64,000 nt of DNA from Granulicella sp. (GCA_965198545.1 CBDAPS010000003.1:103255-167254); one strand, 5' to 3'; numbered from the stretch's first letter, positions 16,471 through 27,078 are shown. Notes: generated from the sequence alone by a model not told the origin. Program-made: numbers and translations.

Positions 16471-18903
16471 ATGGCAGCCCTCGCATTTCAGCCCGGCCCG
16501 AACCCTGGAGCTTCCGAGACGCTCGTTGCATTGTTGCGGCGGGTGTTTGGGCATGGCGGGTTTCGAGCGCATCAGCAGCAGGTTTGCGAGGCGGCGGCCA
16601 GCGGGCGCGATGTGCTACTGGTGATGCCTACGGGGGCTGGAAAGAGCCTCTGCTACCAGTTGCCGACGCTGGCGCTTGGAGGGGCTGGGCGCGGAGCGAC
16701 GGGGCTGGTGATTTCCCCGCTGATCGCGCTGATGGATGATCAGGCTGGGAAGCTGGAGGCGCTGGGGCTTCGGGTAGCTCGGATTCATTCGGGGCTGAGC
16801 CGGGATGCGGCTCGACAGGCTTGCCGGGACTATCTGGCCGGGGCGCTGGATTTTTTATTCATTGCTCCGGAACGGATGCGGGTGCCGGGATTTCCGGAGA
16901 TGCTGGCGAAGCGCAAGCCCGCGCTGGTGGCCATCGACGAGGCGCACTGCATTTCGCAGTGGGGGCATGACTTTCGGCCCGACTACCGGACGCTTGGGCA
17001 GCACTTGCCTGCCCTGCGGCCCGCGCCGATCGTGGCGCTGACGGCAACTGCTACTCCTACCGTCCAGCGGGACATTCAGGTGCAGTTGCAGTTGCAGGAG
17101 CCGGCGGTGTTCATCACGGGGTTTCGGCGCGACAACCTGCATGTGGAAGTGCAGGAGCTAAGCAAGCCACAGCGGGATGAGTACACGGTGAAGCTGCTGA
17201 AGGATGCGGCGGCTCGGCCGGCGATTGTGTACGCACCTTCGCGCAAGGCGGCCGAAGAGCTGGCGGGAAAACTGAACAAGCACTTCCCTGCGCGGGCCTA
17301 CCATGCGGGGCTGGCTGGTGAGGTGCGCGAGGGTGTGCAGCGCGGGTTCCTGGCCGGCAAGGTCGAGGTGGTGGTGGCGACGATCGCGTTCGGTATGGGC
17401 GTGGACAAGGCCGACGTGCGGACGGTGGTACACACGGCGCTGCCTGGGAGCGTGGAGGCCTACTACCAGGAGATTGGGCGCGCGGGGCGAGATGGGCTGC
17501 CGTCTCGGACGGTGCTGCTGTACAGCTTTGCGGACCGGAAGACGCAGGAGTACTTCCTGGAGAAAAGCTATCCCGAACGCAGCGAGTTGGAGCGCGTGGC
17601 AAAGGCGCTAACGGAAGAGTGGATTGAGCCGGAGGTGCTTCAGAAGCGGCTGAAGCTGGACAGCGAGACACTGGCCCGGACAATCGAGAAGCTGCTGGGG
17701 CTGGGCGTGGCGGACCAGAATATGAACGGCGAGGTTCGGGGTGTGGATGACGGTGGCGATGTTGGCCGCTGGCAGCCGGGGTACGACGCGCAGGTGAATG
17801 CCCGGCGGGCGCAGATCGACCGCATGATGGGGTTTGCCGAGGGGCATACATGTCGGATGGCGGCTCTGGTGCAGCACTTTGGGGACCGCAGCGATACGAA
17901 GACCGAGTGCGGGTGCTGCGATGTGTGCTCGCCCGCTGGCGGTGGCGGGCACCCACCGGATGAAGCCGAGAGCGCGACGCTGCGGGCGATTCTGCGGGCC
18001 GTGGCGGAGCGGAGCACGTCGACGGGCAAGCTGTTTACCGAGACGGCGGTGACGCGGGACCGCAAGGAGTTCGATGAGTGGCTTGGGGCGCTGGCTCGGG
18101 CGGGACTGGTGTCGATTGCCAACGACACCTTTCGCAACGGCGAGGGCAACGAGGTGACGTACCGCAAGGTGACGATCACGCACGAGGGGCGGACCCCGGA
18201 CGAGGCGACGCTGGCTACCGTGGTGATGCGTGGGAGGCCTGAGGTTCCGGTGGGGAAAAGCTCGGCGCGGAAGGCAAAGGCCATGAAGGATGATGGCGCG
18301 CCACTGACGAAGGCTCAGGAGGCGCTGCTGGAGAAGCTGCGGGAGTGGCGGCTCCCCACGGCGAAAGCGGCGGGCAAGCCGGCGTTCTTTGTGTTCAGCG
18401 ATGCTGTGCTGCGGGCGCTGGCTCGGGCCTGCCCGATGAGTCTGGCGGAGATGGAGCAAGTTGCCGGGGTTGGGCAGAGCAAGATGGATCTGTATGGATC
18501 GGCGGTGATTGGGATCTGCCGGGAAGGGTTCCCGGCCGGGGAGGCAGGTTTCCCCAACCATTTGCCAGTGTCGAGCGAGCCAGTTGCCAGCAGGACGAAA
18601 CCACCGGTGTCGAAGCGCGAGGAGCCACCACTTAAGGCTGTTGCGGCTAAGCCGATGGCGGCGCAGGCTCCTGCGGAACTGAGCGCGGCGCAGAAGGAGT
18701 TGCAGGCGCGGCTGCAGAGCTGGCGGCTGGAAACGGCGCGGGAGGCTGGGCTGCCGTCATTCTTCGTGCTGAGCGATACGGTGCTGCGGGAAATCGTGGT
18801 AGCGGCGCCGAAGAGCCTGGTGGAGCTGAGCGCAGTGCGGGGGCTGGGGTCGGAGAAGATCGAGCGGTTCGGGGCGGTGGTGGTGGAGCTTTGCCGGGGG
18901 TAA
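16471..18903 (+). CDS. recQ: RecQ family ATP-dependent DNA helicase with two HRDC domains
   Basis: MPTGAGKS, DEAH, QWGHDFRPDY, QEIGRAGRDG, Zn-binding CR..CGCCDVC; two W-R...P.FFV.SD HRDC repeats. Confidence 0.92.
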   Translation: MAALAFQPGPNPGASETLVALLRRVFGHGGFRAHQQQVCEAAASGRDVLLVMPTGAGKSLCYQLPTLALGGAGRGATGLVISPLIALMDDQAGKLEALGLRVARIHSGLSRDAARQACRDYLAGALDFLFIAPERMRVPGFPEMLAKRKPALVAIDEAHCISQWGHDFRPDYRTLGQHLPALRPAPIVALTATATPTVQRDIQVQLQLQEPAVFITGFRRDNLHVEVQELSKPQRDEYTVKLLKDAAARPAIVYAPSRKAAEELAGKLNKHFPARAYHAGLAGEVREGVQRGFLAGKVEVVVATIAFGMGVDKADVRTVVHTALPGSVEAYYQEIGRAGRDGLPSRTVLLYSFADRKTQEYFLEKSYPERSELERVAKALTEEWIEPEVLQKRLKLDSETLARTIEKLLGLGVADQNMNGEVRGVDDGGDVGRWQPGYDAQVNARRAQIDRMMGFAEGHTCRMAALVQHFGDRSDTKTECGCCDVCSPAGGGGHPPDEAESATLRAILRAVAERSTSTGKLFTETAVTRDRKEFDEWLGALARAGLVSIANDTFRNGEGNEVTYRKVTITHEGRTPDEATLATVVMRGRPEVPVGKSSARKAKAMKDDGAPLTKAQEALLEKLREWRLPTAKAAGKPAFFVFSDAVLRALARACPMSLAEMEQVAGVGQSKMDLYGSAVIGICREGFPAGEAGFPNHLPVSSEPVASRTKPPVSKREEPPLKAVAAKPMAAQAPAELSAAQKELQARLQSWRLETAREAGLPSFFVLSDTVLREIVVAAPKSLVELSAVRGLGSEKIERFGAVVVELCRG

Positions 18904-18984
18904 CGGTTCGGCGTTTTGATATCAACTTGCGAACTTTGTTGGTTTCAAGCTGAACGAACTGCCCCGAGGTACCGATAGGGCGGT

Positions 18985-19377
18985 ATGTCGGTTTCCGCAG
19001 TTTCCACTTCGAGCACATACAGTACTTCCCTGCTAGCGCTTCTCGGTGAGAGCAGCGGCAGCAGTTCGAGCTCGTCGGCGTCGTCGCCCTCGTCACTTCT
19101 GGGGACGAGCAGCTCGAGCGGCGATGCGGTGACGGTGGATCTGAGCGAGTACTCGAAGGCGGCTTCGTCCGGGGACAGCACGGCGAAGGCTAATGCGCTT
19201 GCTCAATTGAAGTCTGACCTGGCTACCGAGCAGGCTTCACTGACGACGACCCTTTTCGGCTCGAACTCGACGTCTGCTTCGAGCGATATCGGGGATCAAC
19301 TGCTGTCGAGCCTTTATCCGGGATCGAGCTTGAGCAGCATCACGAGCACCGGGACGACTCTGGACGTGTCGGCTTAG
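18985..19377 (+). CDS. Ser-rich low-complexity hypothetical protein
   Basis: 130-aa ORF filling the recQ-glmU gap, GC3-rich codons, ends in GTTLDVSA. Confidence 0.65.
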   Translation: MSVSAVSTSSTYSTSLLALLGESSGSSSSSSASSPSSLLGTSSSSGDAVTVDLSEYSKAASSGDSTAKANALAQLKSDLATEQASLTTTLFGSNSTSASSDIGDQLLSSLYPGSSLSSITSTGTTLDVSA

Positions 19378-19400
19378 GGCTGTCGTACCGCTGCTCGCGA

Positions 19401-19448
19401 AAAGCCTTCAACGCAAAGTACGCCAAGTCTGCGCCATGTACGCGACGG
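19401..19448 (+). repeat. Dispersed repeat, copy 3
   Basis: AAAGCCTTCAACGCAAAGTACGCCAAGTCTGCGCCATGTACGCGACGG. Confidence 0.7.
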
Positions 19449-19527
19449 CATATGTGCGGCGTCCAGCAACGTGCTCGCACCAGGCGTCCCTGTGCCAGCA
19501 CAGCCCTGCGCGGTAGGATAGGGCCGT

Positions 19528-20967
19528 ATGGGAATTGGTGCGTCTGAATCATTCGGTGTGGCAATCATGGCGGCGGGCAAGGGCACGCGGCTAAAGTCGA
19601 AGCGACCTAAAGTGCTGCATGAGGTTGGCGGGCGGGCGCTGCTGCTGCATGTGATTGCGGCGGCTGAGACGGTGGCCCCGGCGGCTCAGATCCTGTGCAT
19701 CGTGGGGCATGAGGCGGAGCGGGTGAAAGCTGCGGTGGCCGCCACCGGCGTGCGGTTTGTGCTGCAGGCCGAGCAGCGCGGGACGGGCCACGCGATCCAG
19801 ATGGTGAAGGCGTTTTATGACGCGGAAGGCGCTGCGCCCGACGGGGTGCCTGAACATCTGCTGGTGCTTTCCGGCGATGTGCCGTTGATTCGGCCGGAGA
19901 CGCTCCTGGCGATCCGGGATACGCACCTGGGTGAGCGGGCGGCGATGACGATCCTTACCGCTGTTCCCGAAGACCCGACCGGGTATGGACGGGTGATGCG
20001 AGTGGCTGAGGGTGCCGCTGAAGTGGGCGGAGTTGTGGAGCAGAAGGATCTTGCGACGACGCTGAAGTCGGGGCAGACGGAGCCTCGGGAGATCAACTCC
20101 GGGATTTACTGCTTTCGCACGGCGGATTTGTTTGCAGTGCTGGACCGGCTGACGAACACAAACAAGAGCGGCGAGTTTTACCTGACGGATGTGGCCGGGC
20201 TGCTCCGTGCGGAGGGCAAGCGCGTGGTTGCCCTGCCGGCAGACAGCGTGGATGAGGTGCTGGGCGCGAACACGATTGCCGAGATGATGCACCTGGATGC
20301 TGCGATGCGGTTGGCTTCGGCAAAGCGGCTGATGGCTGCGGGCGTGACGATCTTTCGGCCGGAGACGTGTGTGATCGACGCGGGCGTGGAGGTGGGGCCG
20401 GATACGGTGATCGAGCCGTTTGTGCAGCTGCTGGGCGCTACGAAGATTGGGACCGAGTGCCGGGTGAGGTCGTACTCAGTGGTGCAGAACTCGACGCTGG
20501 GTGATGGGGTGTTGCTGCGGAATGGCTGCATTCTGGACGAGGCGGTAGTGGGTGATGGCGCGCTGCTGGGGCCTTATGCTCACCTGCGACCGGGGAGCGA
20601 GATTGGCGAGGCGGCGCACGTGGGGAACTTCGTGGAGACGAAGAAAGCGAAGCTGGGGCGAGGCGCGAAGGCCAACCACCTTAGCTACCTGGGCGATGCG
20701 GAGATTGGGGCCGGGACGAACGTGGGGGCGGGAGTGATTACCTGCAACTACGACGGCGTGCACAAGCACCTGACGCGGATCGGCGAGGATGTGTTTGTGG
20801 GGTCGGATTCGACGCTGGTGGCTCCGCTGGACATTGCGGACGGAGCGTATGTGGCGGCGGGATCCTGTATTACGGAGAATGTTCCGGCTGGGGCTTTGGC
20901 GCTGGGGCGGAGCCGGCAGGTGACCAAGCCGGGGTGGGTGGCGGAGCGGAAGGCTCGGCGGGGATGA
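19528..20967 (+). CDS. glmU: Bifunctional UDP-GlcNAc pyrophosphorylase/glucosamine-1-P acetyltransferase
   Basis: AAGKGTRLKS..PKVLH, GTGHA, EFYLTD, hexapeptide repeats, HLSYLGD, CNYDG. Confidence 0.97.
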   Translation: MGIGASESFGVAIMAAGKGTRLKSKRPKVLHEVGGRALLLHVIAAAETVAPAAQILCIVGHEAERVKAAVAATGVRFVLQAEQRGTGHAIQMVKAFYDAEGAAPDGVPEHLLVLSGDVPLIRPETLLAIRDTHLGERAAMTILTAVPEDPTGYGRVMRVAEGAAEVGGVVEQKDLATTLKSGQTEPREINSGIYCFRTADLFAVLDRLTNTNKSGEFYLTDVAGLLRAEGKRVVALPADSVDEVLGANTIAEMMHLDAAMRLASAKRLMAAGVTIFRPETCVIDAGVEVGPDTVIEPFVQLLGATKIGTECRVRSYSVVQNSTLGDGVLLRNGCILDEAVVGDGALLGPYAHLRPGSEIGEAAHVGNFVETKKAKLGRGAKANHLSYLGDAEIGAGTNVGAGVITCNYDGVHKHLTRIGEDVFVGSDSTLVAPLDIADGAYVAAGSCITENVPAGALALGRSRQVTKPGWVAERKARRG

Positions 20968-20969
20968 AA

Positions 20970-21015
20970 AAAGCGCTCACGCCATGTACGCCATGTTTCC
21001 GCGATGTAGGCCGAG
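20970..21015 (+). repeat. Dispersed repeat, copy 4
   Basis: AAAGCGCTCACGCCATGTACGCCATGTTTCCGCGATGTAGGCCGAG. Confidence 0.65.
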
Positions 21016-21034
21016 ATTCTGGAGGAGATAAGGG

Positions 21035-21334
21035 ATGAAGGCGCTGGGAACGGATGAGTTAGAGCAGGCTTTGCGAGACCTGCCGGAGTGGAAACTGATA
21101 GATGGCAAGCTGGTTCGGCACTGGACGTTTGCGGATTTCATGCAGGCCATGGGGTTTGTGAACGATGTGGCGAAGATTGCGGAACAGGCTGGGCATCATC
21201 CGGATATTGATATTCGGTATAGCCGGGTGACGCTGGGGCTGGTGACGCACGATGCCGATGGGATCACGGAAAGGGATGTGGCCATGGCAAAGCGGCTGGA
21301 TTCCCTGCTCAGAACCGCTCTGAGTCCCCTATGA
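21035..21334 (+). CDS. phhB: Pterin-4-alpha-carbinolamine dehydratase
   Basis: AEQAGHHPDI and THD motifs; GGAGG RBS. Confidence 0.92.
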   Translation: MKALGTDELEQALRDLPEWKLIDGKLVRHWTFADFMQAMGFVNDVAKIAEQAGHHPDIDIRYSRVTLGLVTHDADGITERDVAMAKRLDSLLRTALSPL

Positions 21335-21382
21335 AGATGTCGGCCCTGTGGAAAACAGGGCAATATTCTATTTTGCGTAGAA

Positions 21383-21532
21383 GCGGGAGGCCGTGCTACA
21401 GTAAGTCATCGACGGAAACGCTGCTGAGCAGCACGTCGGACGGTTTGCCCGGGCACCGAGAAAGCGCCCGGGAGCAAGTTGCGTCACTGGCCTCCCGCCA
21501 CGGACAGGAAACTGTTCGTGGCGCCTTTTTTT
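21383..21532 (+). ncRNA. Putative structured small RNA with own promoter and terminator
   Basis: TTGCGT-18-TACAGT (extended TGn) promoter; stems CGACG/CGTCG, GCTGC/GCAGC and CCCGGGC/GCCCGGG; terminator CGCCACGGACAG-GAAA-CTGTTCGTGGCG followed by T7. Confidence 0.55.
21496..21532 (+). terminator. Rho-independent terminator
   Basis: 12-bp stem with GAAA tetraloop, then CC-TTTTTTT. Confidence 0.85.
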
Positions 21533-21712
21533 GGCCGTTGCCGGCAATGCCGCCTCTCCTCCACCCCTATGTGAGAGCACGACTGCCCAACCCAAGTGGC
21601 AGACAGGCGGACGCGGTCTGAGCACATCTGCCTCGGATGGAGGCCGATCCTGCTTCTTGACGCTGCACTCTCTTCTCTACACCATGGCGAAGCAGGTGCC
21701 GGGCCATGTAGC

Positions 21713-23095
21713 TCACTTCCCGAAGTGACCAAAGTCGAAGTGCTTCAAGAGACGTCTGCCGTAGTAGGAGTACTCCTTTTGCAGGGCTGCATGATTCGCC
21801 GCATAGGGAGTAACGCATTGCCGGAAGCGCGTTTCGAACATGAAAGCCAGCGTGCCTTCCAGTTTGTGCGGGGCAAGAGCCGCGTTGCTCGCCTTCTCGA
21901 AGGCGTCCACGTCGGGGCCGTGCGGCAGCATCGTGTTGTGCAGAGAAATGCCGCCGGGAGCGAAGCCGCCACCGGTCTTCGCGTCATAAACTCCGTAGAT
22001 AAGGCCCATGAACTCGCTCATGATGTTCATGTGATACCAAGGCGGTCGAAACGTGTCTTCTGCAACCAGCCAACGATCTGAAAAGATGACGAAGTCGATG
22101 TTGGCAGTCCCAGGCGTCTCGGAGGGAGAAGTCAGAACGGTAAAGATGGAGGGGTCGGCGTGGTCGAACAGCACGGGACCGACCGGCGAGAATCTTCGCA
22201 GGTCGTACTTGTACGGTGCATAATTTCCGTGCCAGGCGACCACATCGAGGGGTGAGTGCTCGATCGCGGAGGTCCAGAGCTTACCCCCCCACTTGACGGT
22301 CAAGATGGAGGGTGCATCGCGATCTTCGTAGGCCGCTACAGGGGTGAGAAAGTCGCGCGGGTTGGCCAAGCAGTTGGCCCCGATCGGGCCTCGTTCCGGC
22401 AGGGTAAAGGCAGCGCCGTAGTTTTCGCAGAGATAGCCGCGCGCTTTCTCGTCATGAAGTTCGACACGGAACTTGACCCCGCGAGGCAGGACACAGATGT
22501 CGCCGGGCGAAACGTCGATGATGCCGAACTCGGTGCAAAAGCGCAAGCCGCCAAGTTGGGGCACGATCAGCATCTCGCCGTCGGCGTTGTAGAAATACTC
22601 ATCGCGCATGGAGCGAGTGGCGAAGTAAAGGTGCGCTCCCATGCCGCTTTGCGCATTGCCATCGCCGGCAGTGGTGATGCTGCGAACGCCTTCAATGAAA
22701 GAGAGCGTCTCCTGCGGCATGTCGATGGGGTCCCAGCGGAGGGGAGCCGGCGGCAGTTCCGCTTCCGGGGAGGGAGCGGTTCGCCAGAGACTGTCCTCTA
22801 CTTTATGGAAGTCGCTCCAGATGGCTGCTGTGGGCCGTATGCGATAAAGCCATGAACGCTCGTTCGACTTGCGCGGGGCGGTGAAGGGCGAGCCTGAGAT
22901 CTGCTCTGCATAGAGCCCGTAGGCACACTTCTGAGGCGAGTTGCGACCGACCGGCAGGGCGCCGGGCAGAGCCTCGGTTTCGAAACCGTTGCCAAAACCC
23001 GACATGTAGCCTGCCGTCAGTCCCACACCGCTGGCTGGGGCCGCGGCCAACGCCGGCGACTCCGTCGTTTCTATGCTGTTCCCTGTGGAGAGCAT
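21713..23095 (-). CDS. hmgA: Homogentisate 1,2-dioxygenase
   Basis: [39 protein letters not shown]; GAGGTG RBS before the ATG at 23095. Confidence 0.97.
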   Translation of the reverse strand: MLSTGNSIETTESPALAAAPASGVGLTAGYMSGFGNGFETEALPGALPVGRNSPQKCAYGLYAEQISGSPFTAPRKSNERSWLYRIRPTAAIWSDFHKVEDSLWRTAPSPEAELPPAPLRWDPIDMPQETLSFIEGVRSITTAGDGNAQSGMGAHLYFATRSMRDEYFYNADGEMLIVPQLGGLRFCTEFGIIDVSPGDICVLPRGVKFRVELHDEKARGYLCENYGAAFTLPERGPIGANCLANPRDFLTPVAAYEDRDAPSILTVKWGGKLWTSAIEHSPLDVVAWHGNYAPYKYDLRRFSPVGPVLFDHADPSIFTVLTSPSETPGTANIDFVIFSDRWLVAEDTFRPPWYHMNIMSEFMGLIYGVYDAKTGGGFAPGGISLHNTMLPHGPDVDAFEKASNAALAPHKLEGTLAFMFETRFRQCVTPYAANHAALQKEYSYYGRRLLKHFDFGHFGK

Positions 23096-23202
23096 CGCTT
23101 GCACCTCGTTCGCGGAAGATAAGACGCGTACCGCAACGCCGCCGCGGACGCAGGCTGCATCCTGCATCCGCGGCCGTGCGCCTGCAGGAATCAACCGCCA
23201 GC

Positions 23203-24330
23203 CTACAGGTTCCCGCGTAACTCCTGCTCGCGCTCGATGGCCTCAAACAGGGCCTTGAAGTTCCCCTTGCCGAAGGATTTGGAACCCTTGCGCTGAATGA
23301 TTTCGTAGAAGACCGTCGGGCGGTCTTCTACCGGACGAGTAAAGATTTGCAACATGTATCCCTCGTTATCGCGATCGACCAGGATGCCGAGCTTTTCGAG
23401 CTCGTCGATAGGCTCATCAATGGTGCCGACGCGCGCCTGCAGCTCCGTATAGTAGCTGTGCGGCACGGTCAGAAACTCCAGCCCCTGGCCCTGCAGGTGA
23501 GAGACCGTGGCGAGGATGTTGTTCGTTGCAAGAGCAATGTGTTGGACGCCGGGTCCGCCGTAAAAATCGAGGTACTCCTCGATCTGACTCTTGCGTTTCC
23601 CTTCCGCCGGCTCATTGATGGGGAACTTCACGTACCCATTGCCGTTGGCCATCACCTTCGACATCAGTGCGGAATATTCGGTAGAAATATCATTGTCGTC
23701 GAAGTGCTGATAAAGTCCGAAGCCCATCACCTTCCCGTAGAAGTCGACCCACTCGTTCATCGCGTTCCAGCCGACATTGCCCACGCAATGATCAATGTGT
23801 ATGAGGCCGCAGGGCTTGGCGATCGTGTCCTCCGGCATAGCCTTGTAGCCGGGCATAAAGGCGCCGGTATAGCCGGTGCGCTCGACGAAGGTATGAACCG
23901 TGTCGCCGTAGGCATGGATGGAAGAGGTAACGACCTTGCCGAACTCGTCTTCGGCTTCGATCGGCTCCTGTGCAGACTTAGCGCCGCGTGCCGTGGTCGC
24001 GAGCCAGGAGTGGCGTGCATCATCCACCCAAAGCGCGATCGAATGAACTCCGTCGCCATGCACATTGACGTGCCGTGCAATCTCGGAGTCGGTGCGAAGC
24101 GCCGTGGTCAGAACGAAGCGTACCTTGCCCTGCTGCAGAACGTAGCTGGCTCGGTCGCGCACACCGGTCTCCGGGCCGGCATAGGCCACCAGCTTCATCC
24201 CAAATGTGCCGCGATAGAAGTAAGCGGCCTGGCGAGCGTTGCCGACCCAGAACTCTACGTGGTCGGTGCCCTTGAGGGGGAGAAAATCTTCAATCTGTAC
24301 CGGGGCAGGTATGTGAACGGCAGTTGCCAT
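23203..24330 (-). CDS. hppD: 4-hydroxyphenylpyruvate dioxygenase
   Basis: [37 protein letters not shown]; AAGGAG RBS. Confidence 0.97.
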   Translation of the reverse strand: MATAVHIPAPVQIEDFLPLKGTDHVEFWVGNARQAAYFYRGTFGMKLVAYAGPETGVRDRASYVLQQGKVRFVLTTALRTDSEIARHVNVHGDGVHSIALWVDDARHSWLATTARGAKSAQEPIEAEDEFGKVVTSSIHAYGDTVHTFVERTGYTGAFMPGYKAMPEDTIAKPCGLIHIDHCVGNVGWNAMNEWVDFYGKVMGFGLYQHFDDNDISTEYSALMSKVMANGNGYVKFPINEPAEGKRKSQIEEYLDFYGGPGVQHIALATNNILATVSHLQGQGLEFLTVPHSYYTELQARVGTIDEPIDELEKLGILVDRDNEGYMLQIFTRPVEDRPTVFYEIIQRKGSKSFGKGNFKALFEAIEREQELRGNL

Positions 24331-24363
24331 GAAATCTCCTTAAAAAAGGTGGTGCGGTTGGCG

Positions 24364-25674
24364 TTACAGGAAAGTGATGGCGGGCTGCACAGTGCCGCGG
24401 CACTCGCCCAGGCTGATGCGTGGCAAACCTTCGCGCTCGCAGAAGCCGCGCAGGATGATCTCATCTCCGTCTTCGAGAAAGGTACGCTTCTGGCCATCTT
24501 CGAATACAAGGGGTGTCTGGCCGCGGCGCGTCATTTCGAGCAGGCTGCCCTCCGATCCGGGCGTAGCGCCGGAAACCGTGCCGCTGCCCAGCAGGTCACC
24601 GGCATTCAGGTTGCAGCCGTTGACGGTGTGGTGCGCAATCATCTGAGCGAAGCTCCAGTAGAGGTGGCGAAGGTTGCTGCTGCTGATACGGCGAGGCTCC
24701 ACGCCCTGAGCGCGCATGAGCGCGGTTGAGAGGTACACCTCCAGGGTCATGTCGATGGCCGGCTCACATCCCAGGCCGCTGTCATCGAGATAAGCCATCG
24801 GCGCCGGATCGCCCTCCGCACGAGCCGGACGAGCCACACGGAACGGAAGCAGTGCTTCCCTGGTGACGACCCATGGCGACAGGCTGGTGCCGAAGTTCTT
24901 GCCCAGGAATGGCCCGAGCGGCTGGTATTCCCAAGACTGGATGTCGCGAGCTGACCAGTCGTTCATCAGGGAGAAGCCGAACAGATGCTCCTCAGCCCGG
25001 CACGTGGGAATCGGCGTACCGAGCGGATTGCCCTGCCCGATGTACGCGGCAACTTCGAGCTCAAAGTCCAGCTGGGTACAGGCGCGAAAGACCGGCGCGT
25101 CGCTGGCCGGCGTTTTGACCTGCCCATGCGGACGAACGATCGGCGTGCCGCTCTGGACAAGCGAAGAGGCGCGTCCGTGATAGCCGATTGGGACGTACTT
25201 GTAGTTCGGCAGGAGCGGCTGATCGGGCCGGAAGAGCCGCCCGACATTGGTCGCGTGCTCGATCGACGCGTAGAAGTCGGTGTAGTCGTTTACCCGGACG
25301 GGCCCGGCAAAGCGCACACCTTCCCTTGCAACCAATAGATGGCGGATTGTGTCTCGCCGGGGTTGCGGCGTGCCTGCGCCCAGGCAGGAGGTTAAGGCGT
25401 CGCGAAGTTCTATCCATGCCTCAGGCCCGCACTCCATGAGGGCGTTGAGCGTCGACTGAAGGCATGCAGACCGCACCGAGTGACTGAGCGACGAAAGATG
25501 ACCCTCGCCGCTGAGCCGGTGCAGATCGAGCATGCTCGCGCCGATGCCAACACCCAGGTGCACCTCATCTGCGGTAAAGAAAGCGCAGTAGGGAAGATTC
25601 TGCAAAGGGAAGCCGCATCCCGGCTCATTGGCGGAGTCGACCCAGCTCTGCCCGGCAGGAGTGGCCTGGTTCAT
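24364..25674 (-). CDS. fahA: Fumarylacetoacetase
   Basis: DYTDFYAS, YHGRASS, LDFELE, NDWSARDIQ, PFLGKNF, GSGTVSG. Confidence 0.96.
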   Translation of the reverse strand: MNQATPAGQSWVDSANEPGCGFPLQNLPYCAFFTADEVHLGVGIGASMLDLHRLSGEGHLSSLSHSVRSACLQSTLNALMECGPEAWIELRDALTSCLGAGTPQPRRDTIRHLLVAREGVRFAGPVRVNDYTDFYASIEHATNVGRLFRPDQPLLPNYKYVPIGYHGRASSLVQSGTPIVRPHGQVKTPASDAPVFRACTQLDFELEVAAYIGQGNPLGTPIPTCRAEEHLFGFSLMNDWSARDIQSWEYQPLGPFLGKNFGTSLSPWVVTREALLPFRVARPARAEGDPAPMAYLDDSGLGCEPAIDMTLEVYLSTALMRAQGVEPRRISSSNLRHLYWSFAQMIAHHTVNGCNLNAGDLLGSGTVSGATPGSEGSLLEMTRRGQTPLVFEDGQKRTFLEDGDEIILRGFCEREGLPRISLGECRGTVQPAITFL

Positions 25675-26519
25675 ACGATCCACCCGAGAGCCCTGCTCTC
25701 CTCGACCGGCTCAACGAACGAGCAGGAGCCAAATCCCGCGAAGAAATGTTTGCGAGCGTCGGCAAGCTGTTCCGTCGTTACGCTGTAGTCGCGCCAGCGC
25801 ATGCGGTCGGAGCCAAACAGGAATGCCTGTTGCTCGGTCTCTTCAAGCACCGCACAGGCTTCCGCTTCGGATGCGCCAAAATAAAGAAGCGCAGCCGCGA
25901 AGATGAGGTTCACGAATCCGTGCATTGTTCCAAAGGGAGGCCGCTCTTCGTAGGTCAGCCTATACTGGCTGCGCACGGGATGATGCAGTCCGGCAGTCGC
26001 TTTGAATGGAAGCCTGATTCGTGCACACTGCGAGATGAAGTGCGCCACATCCCTCGGTGAAGGAATCGCCGAAGAAACGATGCCGCCGGTTCTGATCTTT
26101 GCGGAAGCGCCGGCGCTTTGGATTGCGCAGAGCATGTCGCCAGAGGTGCTGCCTAACTCCACCTCAAAAAAGATGCGGGCGCCTGCCGGAAGTCGACTCA
26201 TGATGGGCGCGATACGCTTGGTAGCCGGCAGCTTGCACTCGAAGAGCTGGTAGGGTGTCGAACCATGGTTGATCCGTTGCAGGTCCTGCTCTGGCGCGGC
26301 TGCGAGCACCACGCTAACTGGCAGGTCCGCAGCGCCAGTTCGCTGCTCAAAGTCCGCCAGTGCGGAAACGGGCAGAATCAGATTGCCAAGCGCCCACGCG
26401 TCTTCGCCGCAGCGATACAGGGCATAGTTTTCGATGGAACGTTGAAGATCGATCGACGCGGGCGGAAACAGGCCTGCATAGTCGACCGCATGGCACAGAA
26501 GTGCGTGCATGCTTTGCAT
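25671..26519 (-). CDS. Conserved hypothetical protein, first gene of the fahA-hppD-hmgA operon
   Basis: DYAGLFPPA, KIRTGG, FKATAGLHHP, HGFVN, FGSCSF.EP motifs; GGAGG RBS; ATGA overlap with fahA. Confidence 0.8.
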   Translation of the reverse strand: MQSMHALLCHAVDYAGLFPPASIDLQRSIENYALYRCGEDAWALGNLILPVSALADFEQRTGAADLPVSVVLAAAPEQDLQRINHGSTPYQLFECKLPATKRIAPIMSRLPAGARIFFEVELGSTSGDMLCAIQSAGASAKIRTGGIVSSAIPSPRDVAHFISQCARIRLPFKATAGLHHPVRSQYRLTYEERPPFGTMHGFVNLIFAAALLYFGASEAEACAVLEETEQQAFLFGSDRMRWRDYSVTTEQLADARKHFFAGFGSCSFVEPVEESRALGWIV

Positions 26520-26673
26520 CGTCCTGGCCTCCTTCCATGTAGCTTGCGTCCGGTACTGCCGTGTCCCTAGCATCGTTAACCAATGCAGAGCAATGTTTGC
26601 ACAGGCTCCCAATCATGGGATGGCAAGTTTACCTTTCACAGACTTCCTTCTTCGCACGTTATTGCGTCATTCA

Positions 26674-27078
<405 letters not shown>

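Noticed and set aside
5097-21015. Dispersed repeats as a CRISPR array
   Set aside because: Kilobases apart, degenerate, no spacer periodicity and no cas genes.
21331-21728. Short ORFs in the phhB-hmgA gap
   Set aside because: No RBS or motifs; they cross a strong terminator, and RNA structure explains the region better.
23347-24729. 460-aa plus-strand ORF
   Set aside because: Antisense to hppD/fahA; no recognisable motifs.
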